From: Spirochaetota bacterium
GTDB taxonomy: Bacteria; Spirochaetota; UBA4802; UBA5550
Assembly: GCA_963663865.1 (NCBI GenBank)
Contig: OY760686.1
Location: 960,001-1,024,000, forward strand
Reading direction: 5' to 3'
DNA: 64,000 nucleotides
Shown here: piece after piece, positions 1 to 8,664 of the stretch
How the letters are laid out: every line of letters begins with the position of its first letter
Position numbering within the stretch: position 1 is the first letter of the stretch
Translations under genes and position numbers: made by a program
The notes under the pieces: generated by a model
Databases searched by the model: none
Seen by the model: the letters and a program-made list of their open reading frames with translations, nothing else
Told to the model about the DNA's origin: nothing

Positions 1-279
1 CATTATGATGACTGTTTCGGAGAAAAGGTTGTCCTGCCTGAGCATGCGGCACGCATCAATTCCATTTCCATCAGGGAGGTTGATGTCGAGGAGCACTATG
101 TGCGGTTTAAAAGACTTCACGACAACATTGAATTCAAAGAGGTTTCCTGTCAGCTTGAGGTCAAAATCTGTTGACAGGATTGAGGATATCGCCTCGCGCA
201 TGAGCATGGAGTCCTCTACGGAAAGAACGCGGAGCTTATCTTCGGGGCCCGGAGATTGAGGTTCATTGTTCATTGTCAT
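1..279 (-). CDS. Response regulator, N-terminal receiver domain (runs off window start)
   Basis: Not in the ORF track. Manual translation from the ATG at 279 gives MTMNNEPQSPGPEDKLRVLSVEDSMLMREAI...KPHIVLLDINLPDGNGIDACRMLR, with the REC acidic pocket and phospho-Asp (LLDINLPD). Confidence 0.85.
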   Translation of the reverse strand, partial: MTMNNEPQSPGPEDKLRVLSVEDSMLMREAISSILSTDFDLKLTGNLFEFNVVVKSFKPHIVLLDINLPDGNGIDACRMLRQDNLFSETVIIM

Positions 280-328
280 AAACCCGGATTTTAACCTATT
301 GAGCAAGGCCCGTCAAGCCTAAATAGTT

Positions 329-1276
329 TTACTCGAAGTCGAGCTCTGATGACTCTTCTTTCTTTTCATAGAAGACGTAAGAGAGCTCGGCCCCCATTAC
401 AAAGATAAAACATGTGTACCAGAGCCATATCATGAGTATTACAATTGTTGAAAGAGGGCCAAAAATTGATGAGTAGTCGTTTATCTCTGTAATGTAGTAC
501 GAGAAGAGCGTTTTAACGAGCTCGTAGATGAAAGAGGCCCATAGAGCTCCCTTAAGCAGCGATTTCCGGTCGATTTTTTTGGGTGGAACGAATCTGTAAA
601 TAGTGAAGAAGAGCAGAGAATTTATTACAAAATTAGAAAAAGAAGTTAACAGAAAAGGTATTTCGTGCAGGTATTTTATAAAGCTGTTAATCGACGTAAT
701 ATCATTCAGATTCCGTTCGATGAAACAGATTACAGATGTTTTTTTCGCGAGGACAAGTATATTGGAGAGCACTCCAAAAGAAACAACCAGGGAAGCGATG
801 CCCAGAATTATACCGAAGTGTCTCAGCTTCGCTCTCCAATACTTGCGGCCCTGGGTTATCCTGAAGGCTTTCTCAAGAACTCTTTCAAAGATATCGAATA
901 TGAAGCTTGCCCACCAGAATAAAAAGGGCACCCATATGAAGGCAAGATATCTTTTGGAGTAAAGAATTCGGTCGAGCAGACGAGTGATATCGTCGATATT
1001 TACGGCCGGCAGCTGGAGTTTGACGTGGTTCATATAAAAGGCTACCATGTCCTGGGAGTCGAACACATAGCTCATCAGGGATATTACCACAAGCGATGCG
1101 GGTATAAACGAAATTAGAAAAAAGAACGCAAGCGCGCATGTGGAAAGCTCCCCGTCGTGATCGGCGTAGGCCTTTATAATCTTTTGAGGGTACCAGAAGA
1201 AATTGCGCGCTTTGTTAACGGCCTTTCTGGCAAGCTTTACCAGCCCGCTTCTGACTGATGATATTATTTCTTTCAT
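329..1276 (-). CDS. YihY/BrkB-family inner membrane protein
   Basis: Multi-TM protein with ALAFFFLISFIP near the N-terminus and a YSSIFGPL..IVILMIWLWY...GAEL C-terminal signature. Confidence 0.85.
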   Translation of the reverse strand: MKEIISSVRSGLVKLARKAVNKARNFFWYPQKIIKAYADHDGELSTCALAFFFLISFIPASLVVISLMSYVFDSQDMVAFYMNHVKLQLPAVNIDDITRLLDRILYSKRYLAFIWVPFLFWWASFIFDIFERVLEKAFRITQGRKYWRAKLRHFGIILGIASLVVSFGVLSNILVLAKKTSVICFIERNLNDITSINSFIKYLHEIPFLLTSFSNFVINSLLFFTIYRFVPPKKIDRKSLLKGALWASFIYELVKTLFSYYITEINDYSSIFGPLSTIVILMIWLWYTCFIFVMGAELSYVFYEKKEESSELDFE

Positions 1277-1404
1277 CTATGATTCCGGAGTGAAGTGGAT
1301 ATACTGCAATTTTTAATAACTTAACATGAGAGTTCAAGTCTTTTTTTGCGTTGGCGTGAAGTGAGCTCCGGATATACAGGGCCTCTGCGGCCCTGCATTG
1401 TGAA

Positions 1405-2103
1405 TTAGTCGTCGCTTCCTCCCAGCAGGCCTGAACGGATAAGGTAGTAGAGCAGGGTAACAATGGCTGATGCCGCAGCCGCTACATAGGTCATGGCGGC
1501 GGCCCCAAGTACGCTGTTTATTCCTCTCAGCTCAGCAGCTGTGACCAGGCCGCGTGAAGCCAGTATGGATTTGGCTCTTGATGAAGCGTTGAATTCCACG
1601 GGAAGCGTGATGAGCTGAAAAAAAACAACGACGCTGAAAAGGACTATCCCAACCTTGATTAATCCCGCTGCGCCCATAACAAATCCTGCGATAATGATTA
1701 TCCACGACATGTTTGAACCGAAGGAAGCCATGGGAACCATCATGTTTCTCAACATCAGGGGCTGATATGCCTCCCTGTGTTGTATGGCATGTCCTGTTTC
1801 ATGAGCTGCAACGCCAAGTGAAGAAATGCTCGTGCCCCGGTACACATCGGGGGAGAGCCTCACCGTTTTTTTTGCCGGATCATAGTGATCCGAGAGAAAG
1901 CCGCCTGTTTCAACTACATCAACGTAGGAAAGCCCGTTTATGTCGAGAATCTCCCGTGCGACCTGCGCTCCGGTTTTTCCGCCGGAAGTATATTTCTGAG
2001 AGAACTTCTTAAACGTACTTTTCACCTTGAAGGACGAGTAGAGCGAAAGCGCCAAAACGGGCGACATCATTAACCAGTACAGGGGATCCAGTCCAAAAAT
2101 CAT
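1405..2103 (-). CDS. Membrane zinc metallopeptidase (YugP/Zn_peptidase_2 family)
   Basis: Motifs LSDHYDP, VAAHETGHAIQ (HExxH), TLPVEFNASSRA and AAAMTYVAAA. Confidence 0.92.
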   Translation of the reverse strand: MIFGLDPLYWLMMSPVLALSLYSSFKVKSTFKKFSQKYTSGGKTGAQVAREILDINGLSYVDVVETGGFLSDHYDPAKKTVRLSPDVYRGTSISSLGVAAHETGHAIQHREAYQPLMLRNMMVPMASFGSNMSWIIIIAGFVMGAAGLIKVGIVLFSVVVFFQLITLPVEFNASSRAKSILASRGLVTAAELRGINSVLGAAAMTYVAAAASAIVTLLYYLIRSGLLGGSDD

Positions 2104-2197
2104 TATATTCCTCCATCTATTTCAAAACTCAAAATTAAAATGTTCGTATAAAGAATGCTTAATGAGTTAGAATTGTAGTGGAGAAAAATGTTTCATT

Positions 2198-2227
2198 AAA
2201 AAAGCGGCCCTGAGGCCGCCTTTTTTT
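2198..2227. terminator. Rho-independent terminator (bidirectional shape)
   Basis: A-run, GCGGCC-ctga-GGCCGC stem, T-run, directly after the stop of the 2226..3467 gene. Confidence 0.75.
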
Positions 2228-3467
2228 ACCGTTCGTTATCCCACTGGGTGTTGTATTCAAAGTAGCCTGCTGTCACCTTAATTCGGCCGGACTTGTTGCT
2301 GTTAACAGCGTTCATGTAGTATGTACCCTTGCCGAGCTTGTAATCCCTGAAACCCATTTTTTCGCCGGTTGGCGTATAGTCCCAGTTGCCTCTACCGGTT
2401 GATATTTCCTGTGAAAAGTCAGGGTCCCTGTACAGCTTTATATTGAAGTGCCCCTTTTGTGTCGGATCATTTACATACAGCCGGTAGTTAACCTCAGCTT
2501 GCTTTGTGATGGTAAATTTGAAGTAGTTGCTGCCCGAGTTTGTGGTTGAATCGAAGGCTGTTACGGTAACGCTGCTTCCCTTAATCTCGGTCACTGATTT
2601 TGAACCCTGGTTTGAAGGCTCGTCGCCGGCAGCGTTTTCCCGGATTGATGAAGAGTCTTTTTTGATAATGATTTGCATCTTTGCTTTAGTGCGGTCATAT
2701 CTTTCGTGAGCGCCGTTTACAGAGATATTGATGTGGGTGTATCTGGCTCTGTTGCCCGAGAGGAGCTCTCCCACTTTGAGAGTCTTTAATTTTCCCTGGT
2801 AGAGGGTCTTCCAGACCCCTGAAGATGTCCTTCCGTGAGCGGTTACGGTGTTACATCGACCTGAGACGCATTTAAAGGAGAGTTCGTCGTTATCGCCGAG
2901 GGTTTTGAGGTCGAGGGCCCTGTAGTTACCGCCGGTTTTACTTGTACCTGTTCCGAAGTTCTCCACGAACAGGCCGTCAGAGCTGTCCGACTTATCAGAG
3001 CCGGATGGGCTATTTTTACTGACTGTAATTTCCAGTCTGGCCTTTACGCGGTCGTATCTTTCGTGAGCGCCGTTTACTGAGATATTGATGTGAGTGTACC
3101 TGGCACGTTTTCCCGAGAGGATCCTGCCTGCTGTGAGGTTATCAGGCTTGCCTCTGTAGAGCGTGTTCCATACGCCGGATGATGTTCTTCCATGAATTGT
3201 TACGGTGTTGCATCTGCCTGAAACGCACCTGAAAGAGAGCTCGTCGTTGTCTTCAAGGGTGTCCAGGCTGATTGCCGTGTAGGTACCGCCTTTTTTGTGA
3301 ACGCCTGTGCCGAAGTTTTCCACATAGTATTTTTGTGCCTGGCCACGGGCTGAGATAATCCTGTTGGCAGCCTGATTTGCGAAATTGAATCCGGCTTCAG
3401 CCTCCATGTTTAGCATAATAAAGACTGACAGAATTGAAGCTGCTGCTGTTATCCTGATGAGTTTCAT
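2226..3467 (-). CDS. Secreted hypothetical protein with two tandem copies of a ~100-aa domain and a C-terminal beta-rich domain
   Basis: Signal peptide MKLIRITAAASILSVFIMLNMEAEA; GGAGG RBS before the ATG at 3467; repeat VENFGTG...CVSGRCNTVT.HGRTSSGVW...YTHINISVNGAHERYDR occurs twice. Confidence 0.8.
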   Translation of the reverse strand: MKLIRITAAASILSVFIMLNMEAEAGFNFANQAANRIISARGQAQKYYVENFGTGVHKKGGTYTAISLDTLEDNDELSFRCVSGRCNTVTIHGRTSSGVWNTLYRGKPDNLTAGRILSGKRARYTHINISVNGAHERYDRVKARLEITVSKNSPSGSDKSDSSDGLFVENFGTGTSKTGGNYRALDLKTLGDNDELSFKCVSGRCNTVTAHGRTSSGVWKTLYQGKLKTLKVGELLSGNRARYTHINISVNGAHERYDRTKAKMQIIIKKDSSSIRENAAGDEPSNQGSKSVTEIKGSSVTVTAFDSTTNSGSNYFKFTITKQAEVNYRLYVNDPTQKGHFNIKLYRDPDFSQEISTGRGNWDYTPTGEKMGFRDYKLGKGTYYMNAVNSNKSGRIKVTAGYFEYNTQWDNER

Positions 3468-3724
3468 TGAACAATCCTCCATAGCCTGTATGCTTTTAAG
3501 CCAGGCAGTGTTATTGAGCTGTGATTATTTGGGCTGAAAGATTATGCACCCTCTTTCTGAGGTAGTCAAGCACAATAACGCAAAATAAAGCCCGAATGGG
3601 CTTTTTGTGTGGGTGTGTGAATTTTGAAGCCTGTATAAGCGATGAAATGGGGCGGTCAATTAAGTTTGACATTTATTCCCGACAATAATAGTATGTGAAA
3701 TAATCTGAAATATCGGGACAAATA

Positions 3725-5671
3725 ATGAAAAAACATACTCTTTTGCTTCTTTTTCCGTTCTTTATATCTCTTGCATGTACTTCAGGCACAGTTAAGGAAA
3801 ACAGAGCGCCCTCAAGTTCTGCTTCTGAAAAAACGTCACAGTCGGGCACTTCCACAGTCAATGAGTCGTGGGCTTATTACAGCCTCGGAATCGACCTGAA
3901 GAGCAGGGCGCTCGAAAACCCGTCTTCGCCGGAAGCGGTAGAGCTTATGAAGCAGGCCCTTGTTTTTTTCCAGAAGTCTGAGAAGGGCGGCGAGGCAAAG
4001 GGGCGGGTCTACTTTCAGATTTCTGACTGCTGCTACTACCTTAACAGACACGATGAGTCCATAAAATACGGCTGGATGGCAGTCGAACATGAACCTGAGT
4101 TCACGGAGCCTTACAACAGGCTTTATTCCATTTATATGAAGCGGAAGGACATGAGCAGGGCGGCTGAGGTGCTGGAGAAGCTCCTCTCGGTGAAGAAAGA
4201 CAATGCTTACAATATGTACATTCTCGGTGAACATTACTATAAGTATATGCACAATAAGAAAAGGGCCGCAGAGATTTTTCACCGCCTTGTAGAACTATCA
4301 GGAAAGAATCCTTCGGCCGAACCCTACCTTGAACATGCGTATTACTACCTGGGTTATATGGCTTTTACCTCGGGAGAGGCGGAGAAATCGGTTGAGTATT
4401 TTGAGGAGGTCATGAAAAAAAATCCCGGGAATATCCGGGCTGAGTACCTCCTTGCGATACTGTATTACGAGCTATCCCGTTTCAGCGACGCTGAGAGGTC
4501 GGCGCTCTCTTACATCGATTCTGACCCGGATAATATGGGGGCCGCATCAATAGCCGGCAGGGTTTTGTACGTTAAAAAGGACCCGCGCTGCGTAAAATAT
4601 CTGAGGATGGGAGCGTCTCTTGATAACACTGAGGGCATCATCTGCAGGGCGCTGCTCAGCGAGGTCTATGGAGAATACGCCGAGTCCGCGAAGGAGCTTG
4701 AAAATCTTCTTAAAGCCAGGCCGGGAGATGCGGCTGTTCATGCCGCAAATGCAGCCGTCAAAAAGGCAGCGGGTGATTTGGAAAATGCCTGCAAATCCCT
4801 GATCTCAGCAGGGGTCCTGATGTTTGAAGGCAGAGAGTACGACCTGGCACGCTCTTTTCTGACACAGGCGGCTGATATCGACGACGGGGCCGCCGAGCTT
4901 CATTACTATCTGGGAAGAACCTACGAGGAGCTTTCGGCGCTGTCAATGGCCATTCTGAGCTATAAAAAGGTGAACGAGCTCAAACCGTCAGTTGAGCTTA
5001 TCCTCCATATAGGATATCTTTATGGAGTAAGCAGGGATTACGACAGGGCGTACGAGTATTTCAACTCCGCGGCGCTTCAGTCTCCGGAAAGCGCAAAGCC
5101 CTATTTTATGAGGGGGCTTGTTTCCATCTGGAAGGAGGATTATACCACTGCTGAACAGGACCTGCGGAAGGCCATAGACATTGATTCCGGCAAGGATTCG
5201 CACTTCTTCTACCTTGCTGTCGCGCTTGAAAAAAAGTCTGATTTGAAGGGAGCAATTGACGCCCTTGAAAAGGCGGTTAAGATTAATTCTGATAACGCTG
5301 AGGCAAATAATTTTCTCGGCTATCTTTACGCCGATAATTCCATGAATCTTGAAAGATCGCTTGAACTTGTCGGAAAGGCGCTCAGGGCTGAGCCGAACAA
5401 CGGCGCATTTTTGGACTCGATAGGCTGGGTCTTTTACCGCCAGGGCAAGTTTCCTCTGGCGCTCGAAAAGCTTCTCGAGGCGGAGATGAGGCTCGCAGAG
5501 GAGAACAATCCTGACCCGGTTGTCTTTGAGCACATTGGTGATACGTATCTCAAGCTTGGCGATGCAGACATGGCGGTAAAGTACTGGGAAAGGGCCCTTG
5601 AGCATAAAGGCGGAAAGGAAAAAGCCAAACTTCTGGAGAAAATCAATCAGCACAAAAAACAGGAAAGGTGA
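3725..5671 (+). CDS. Tetratricopeptide-repeat lipoprotein
   Basis: Lipobox ISLAC; many TPR units; C-terminal NFLGYLYAD...AFLDSIGWVFYRQG...EHIGD motif. Confidence 0.88.
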   Translation: MKKHTLLLLFPFFISLACTSGTVKENRAPSSSASEKTSQSGTSTVNESWAYYSLGIDLKSRALENPSSPEAVELMKQALVFFQKSEKGGEAKGRVYFQISDCCYYLNRHDESIKYGWMAVEHEPEFTEPYNRLYSIYMKRKDMSRAAEVLEKLLSVKKDNAYNMYILGEHYYKYMHNKKRAAEIFHRLVELSGKNPSAEPYLEHAYYYLGYMAFTSGEAEKSVEYFEEVMKKNPGNIRAEYLLAILYYELSRFSDAERSALSYIDSDPDNMGAASIAGRVLYVKKDPRCVKYLRMGASLDNTEGIICRALLSEVYGEYAESAKELENLLKARPGDAAVHAANAAVKKAAGDLENACKSLISAGVLMFEGREYDLARSFLTQAADIDDGAAELHYYLGRTYEELSALSMAILSYKKVNELKPSVELILHIGYLYGVSRDYDRAYEYFNSAALQSPESAKPYFMRGLVSIWKEDYTTAEQDLRKAIDIDSGKDSHFFYLAVALEKKSDLKGAIDALEKAVKINSDNAEANNFLGYLYADNSMNLERSLELVGKALRAEPNNGAFLDSIGWVFYRQGKFPLALEKLLEAEMRLAEENNPDPVVFEHIGDTYLKLGDADMAVKYWERALEHKGGKEKAKLLEKINQHKKQER

Positions 5672-5677
5672 GAACTG

Positions 5678-6475
5678 GTGTATAGAACTCTTTTATTAAC
5701 GACTATATCCATGCTTGTTTTAAGCGGCTGCGGCGGATCGGCCCCGGTTCGCGCTAATGCTGAGGCCCAGGTCATACAGCCGGAAGGGGCGGCTGAGCTC
5801 ATTCAAAAGATTGAAAAAGCAAACGCCATGGCGCCGAAGAGCTTTTCGGGTGTCTTCAAGGCCGAAGGAACCGCAGGTACAAAGAGATTCACTGCAAACG
5901 CAAAGATACTTTACGAAGCCAGCGGAGACAGGATGTCCCTCAGCTTTACCGACTTCATCTTCAAGTCTCCTATTTCTTCACTTTTCCGGAGCGGCGAGTA
6001 TATTGAAGTCTACTATCCGGCGGAAAGCAAGCTATACCTTGACAGGGTACCGGGCATTAATATCAGAAATTACTCTCCGGTGGATGTTGACTTTGACATT
6101 CTGTATCAGCTGCTTACCGGGAAGGTCCCGCTGATTGCGGACTACACCGTTAAGCAGGCGGCATCAAAGGGGAAAAGTGATATTCTCATTCTCGAAAACA
6201 GCAGGTGGTTTGAGACATTATCTTTTTCAGGAGATTACGCGGAGAGGATAAAGCTGACAGACAAACGAAGCGGTGAAGCCATAGAGCTCTACCTGAGCTC
6301 TCCGGTGGAAAAGGATGGTTCCCGTTTTTACAGGGTGATCAGAATCGTAGCCGCGAAGCCGTCAGCGAAAGTCGACATAGCGTTCAGCTACCTGAAGCTT
6401 AACGGAAAGGTGCCGGCTATAAACCCGATAAGCCGAACCGTCCCCGGAAATGTGAAGGTTGTTAACCTGAGGTGA
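5678..6475 (+). CDS. Lipoprotein, LolA/LolB-like fold (DUF4292-like)
   Basis: Lipobox LSGC; beta-rich; cotranscribed with the TPR gene, a common pairing. Confidence 0.55.
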   Translation: MYRTLLLTTISMLVLSGCGGSAPVRANAEAQVIQPEGAAELIQKIEKANAMAPKSFSGVFKAEGTAGTKRFTANAKILYEASGDRMSLSFTDFIFKSPISSLFRSGEYIEVYYPAESKLYLDRVPGINIRNYSPVDVDFDILYQLLTGKVPLIADYTVKQAASKGKSDILILENSRWFETLSFSGDYAERIKLTDKRSGEAIELYLSSPVEKDGSRFYRVIRIVAAKPSAKVDIAFSYLKLNGKVPAINPISRTVPGNVKVVNLR

Positions 6476-6481
6476 TATCCC

Positions 6482-7354
6482 TCAGATTTCGATACCGATA
6501 AACTTCTTGATTACAACACCTATTCCAAAGGAGACAGCGGCTACACCGATGCTAATTAAGCTCATTTCCGCGAAGCGTTTTTTAAAGTTCAGATCCTTTG
6601 CCACTGAAATGTAGTAGTTAAACAGAAAGATAATCAGAATGGCATTGAACATTGTGATACCGAGACAGACGAGATAGTTGCTGAAAACCAGATATGGAAA
6701 TATCAGTATAGCGACTGTGACGATGTATGCCGTGCCTGTATAGAGGCTCGATTTAAGCGGGTTTGTTCCGCCGTCCTCGGCCTTTGTAGATAGGTACTCC
6801 GATGCCGCCATCGACAGCGAAGCGGCAATCCCGGTAACGAGACCCGCGAGAGCGATCATTCTTGTGTTGGCAAATGCGAGTGTCAGTCCGGCCAGGGCTC
6901 CTGTCAGCTCCACGAGGGCGTCGTTAAGGCCGAGAACAACAGAGCCGGCGTATTGCAGGCGCTCTTCTTCTATCATTTCGATGAGTTCTTTCTCGTGCTT
7001 TTCTTCATCTTCCGCTATGGCCTTGACGCCGGGTATGAACTCGGCAAGCGAGTCGTAGTCAATCTGAGCCTTATCCTCGTCGCGCTCAAGAAGCTTGACA
7101 CCGAAGGTAAGTCCTAAAATCCTTGAAAGCCAGAAGAAGCGGAAAACCTTAATCATTGAGGGCTTCACTTCCACGCCTGTACGGGAGGCCCAGAAGCGGT
7201 AATGAGAGGCCTCTTCTTCGGATATTCTCTTCAGCAGGGCGCTGTTCGAAGGATCCTTTATTTTGTCTGCCAGACGGGCGTAGATGACGCTTCCGGTAAT
7301 CTCATTCTTCTGAGCCCTGAGCATCTGTTTCTTTAGTGGCCGAGTTATTCCCAT
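6482..7354 (-). CDS. Rubrerythrin/ferritin-like + VIT1/CCC1 iron transporter fusion (MbfA-like)
   Basis: EEEASH and DEEKH di-iron motifs; VLGLNDALVELTG and SLSMAASEYLS VIT1 motifs. Confidence 0.88.
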   Translation of the reverse strand: MGITRPLKKQMLRAQKNEITGSVIYARLADKIKDPSNSALLKRISEEEASHYRFWASRTGVEVKPSMIKVFRFFWLSRILGLTFGVKLLERDEDKAQIDYDSLAEFIPGVKAIAEDEEKHEKELIEMIEEERLQYAGSVVLGLNDALVELTGALAGLTLAFANTRMIALAGLVTGIAASLSMAASEYLSTKAEDGGTNPLKSSLYTGTAYIVTVAILIFPYLVFSNYLVCLGITMFNAILIIFLFNYYISVAKDLNFKKRFAEMSLISIGVAAVSFGIGVVIKKFIGIEI

Positions 7355-7365
7355 AATTATAGCTG

Positions 7366-8460
7366 TCAGGCCGATTTGGCCCTGTCCTGTACCATGTTAA
7401 AGAACTCTTCGAAGATGTACTGGGAATCACGAGGCCCGGGACACGCTTCCGGATGGTGCTGCACGGAAAGAATCGGAAGAGTTTTGTGCCTGAGGCCTTC
7501 AACCGTAAGGTCGTTCAGGTTCATGTGGGTCACTTCGATGTCTGTGTTGCTTTTAAGCGATTCATAGTCGGCCGCGAAACCGTGGTTCTGCGAAGATATC
7601 TCAATGTTGCCGCTGGCTGAGTTCTGGACCGGCTGATTGGCTCCTCTGTGGCCGAATTTAAGCTTGTAGGTCTTTCCGCCAAGAGCTAACGCGAGAATCT
7701 GGTGACCGAGGCAGATTCCGAGAGTGGGTATGCCTGCCTTAACTGCTTCCTTCGCCAGGTCTACGCCGTAGGTTACAGCCTCCGGGTCGCCCGGACCGTT
7801 TGAGAGAAACAGCGCGTTGACTCCGTCGTTTAATATGTCCTGGAGCTTTGACTTGGCCGGATACACCCTGACAGCAAAACCGGAAGCATCAAGCAGCCTG
7901 AGAATGTTTCTCTTCACTCCGTAGTCGATAACTCCGACAAGAGGGGAACCCGGCTTTTCGCTGAACACATAGGGCTCCCTGCAGGAAACCCCGCCGGCAA
8001 GGTCAAGGCCCTGCATCGAGGGATGAGCTTTGAGTTTTTCAACGGCGCCTTCGCGATCGAAGAAAATACCTGAGCGCATTGCCCCTTTTTCACGAATGTG
8101 AAGTGTCAGCTTTCGCGTATCCACCCCTTCAATTCCGGGAACCTTTGCCTTTTTAAGGTAGTCCCCGAGAGACTCGGTGGCTCTGTAGTTGGAATAGGTC
8201 TTGCTGTACTCCTTTACGACGAGCCCGGCTGCCTGTATTTTATCTGATTCAACATCATCTGGATTAACACCGTAGTTTCCGATTAACGGATAGGTCATTG
8301 TAATTATTTGACTGTTATAGGACGGGTCTGTGAGAATTTCCTGATAGCCGCTCATGGAAGTGTTGAAAACGGCCTCTCCAAGGGCTTCCCCTTCGTATCC
8401 GAAGCTGGTCCCTTCAAATTCGGTTCCGTCTTCAAGAATGAGGTAGCATTTTTTTGACAT
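7366..8460 (-). CDS. carA: Carbamoyl-phosphate synthase small subunit
   Basis: Motifs FNTSMSGYQEILTDPSY, LSNGPGDP, GICLGHQ, SQNHGF and QHHPEACPGP. Confidence 0.98.
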   Translation of the reverse strand: MSKKCYLILEDGTEFEGTSFGYEGEALGEAVFNTSMSGYQEILTDPSYNSQIITMTYPLIGNYGVNPDDVESDKIQAAGLVVKEYSKTYSNYRATESLGDYLKKAKVPGIEGVDTRKLTLHIREKGAMRSGIFFDREGAVEKLKAHPSMQGLDLAGGVSCREPYVFSEKPGSPLVGVIDYGVKRNILRLLDASGFAVRVYPAKSKLQDILNDGVNALFLSNGPGDPEAVTYGVDLAKEAVKAGIPTLGICLGHQILALALGGKTYKLKFGHRGANQPVQNSASGNIEISSQNHGFAADYESLKSNTDIEVTHMNLNDLTVEGLRHKTLPILSVQHHPEACPGPRDSQYIFEEFFNMVQDRAKSA

Positions 8461-8664
8461 AATTACCCCCTGATATTGGAAGGATTACACTTTTAACCCC
8501 CTGATGTTGTCAATATTAATTAACAAAATTATCCCCGGGCGGCAAAAGGATAAATGTGTTGTAATGATAATAACAACGGTTTAAGCTTGCCGGAATGAAA
8601 AGAGCGCCCGGCCGGTGATTTCTCCTCTAAAAAAGGGGAAATTGGTGCAGGGCGATCAGGGAGG

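Noticed and set aside
5-259. 84-aa + strand ORF in the track
   Set aside because: It is the antisense shadow of the response regulator on the minus strand.
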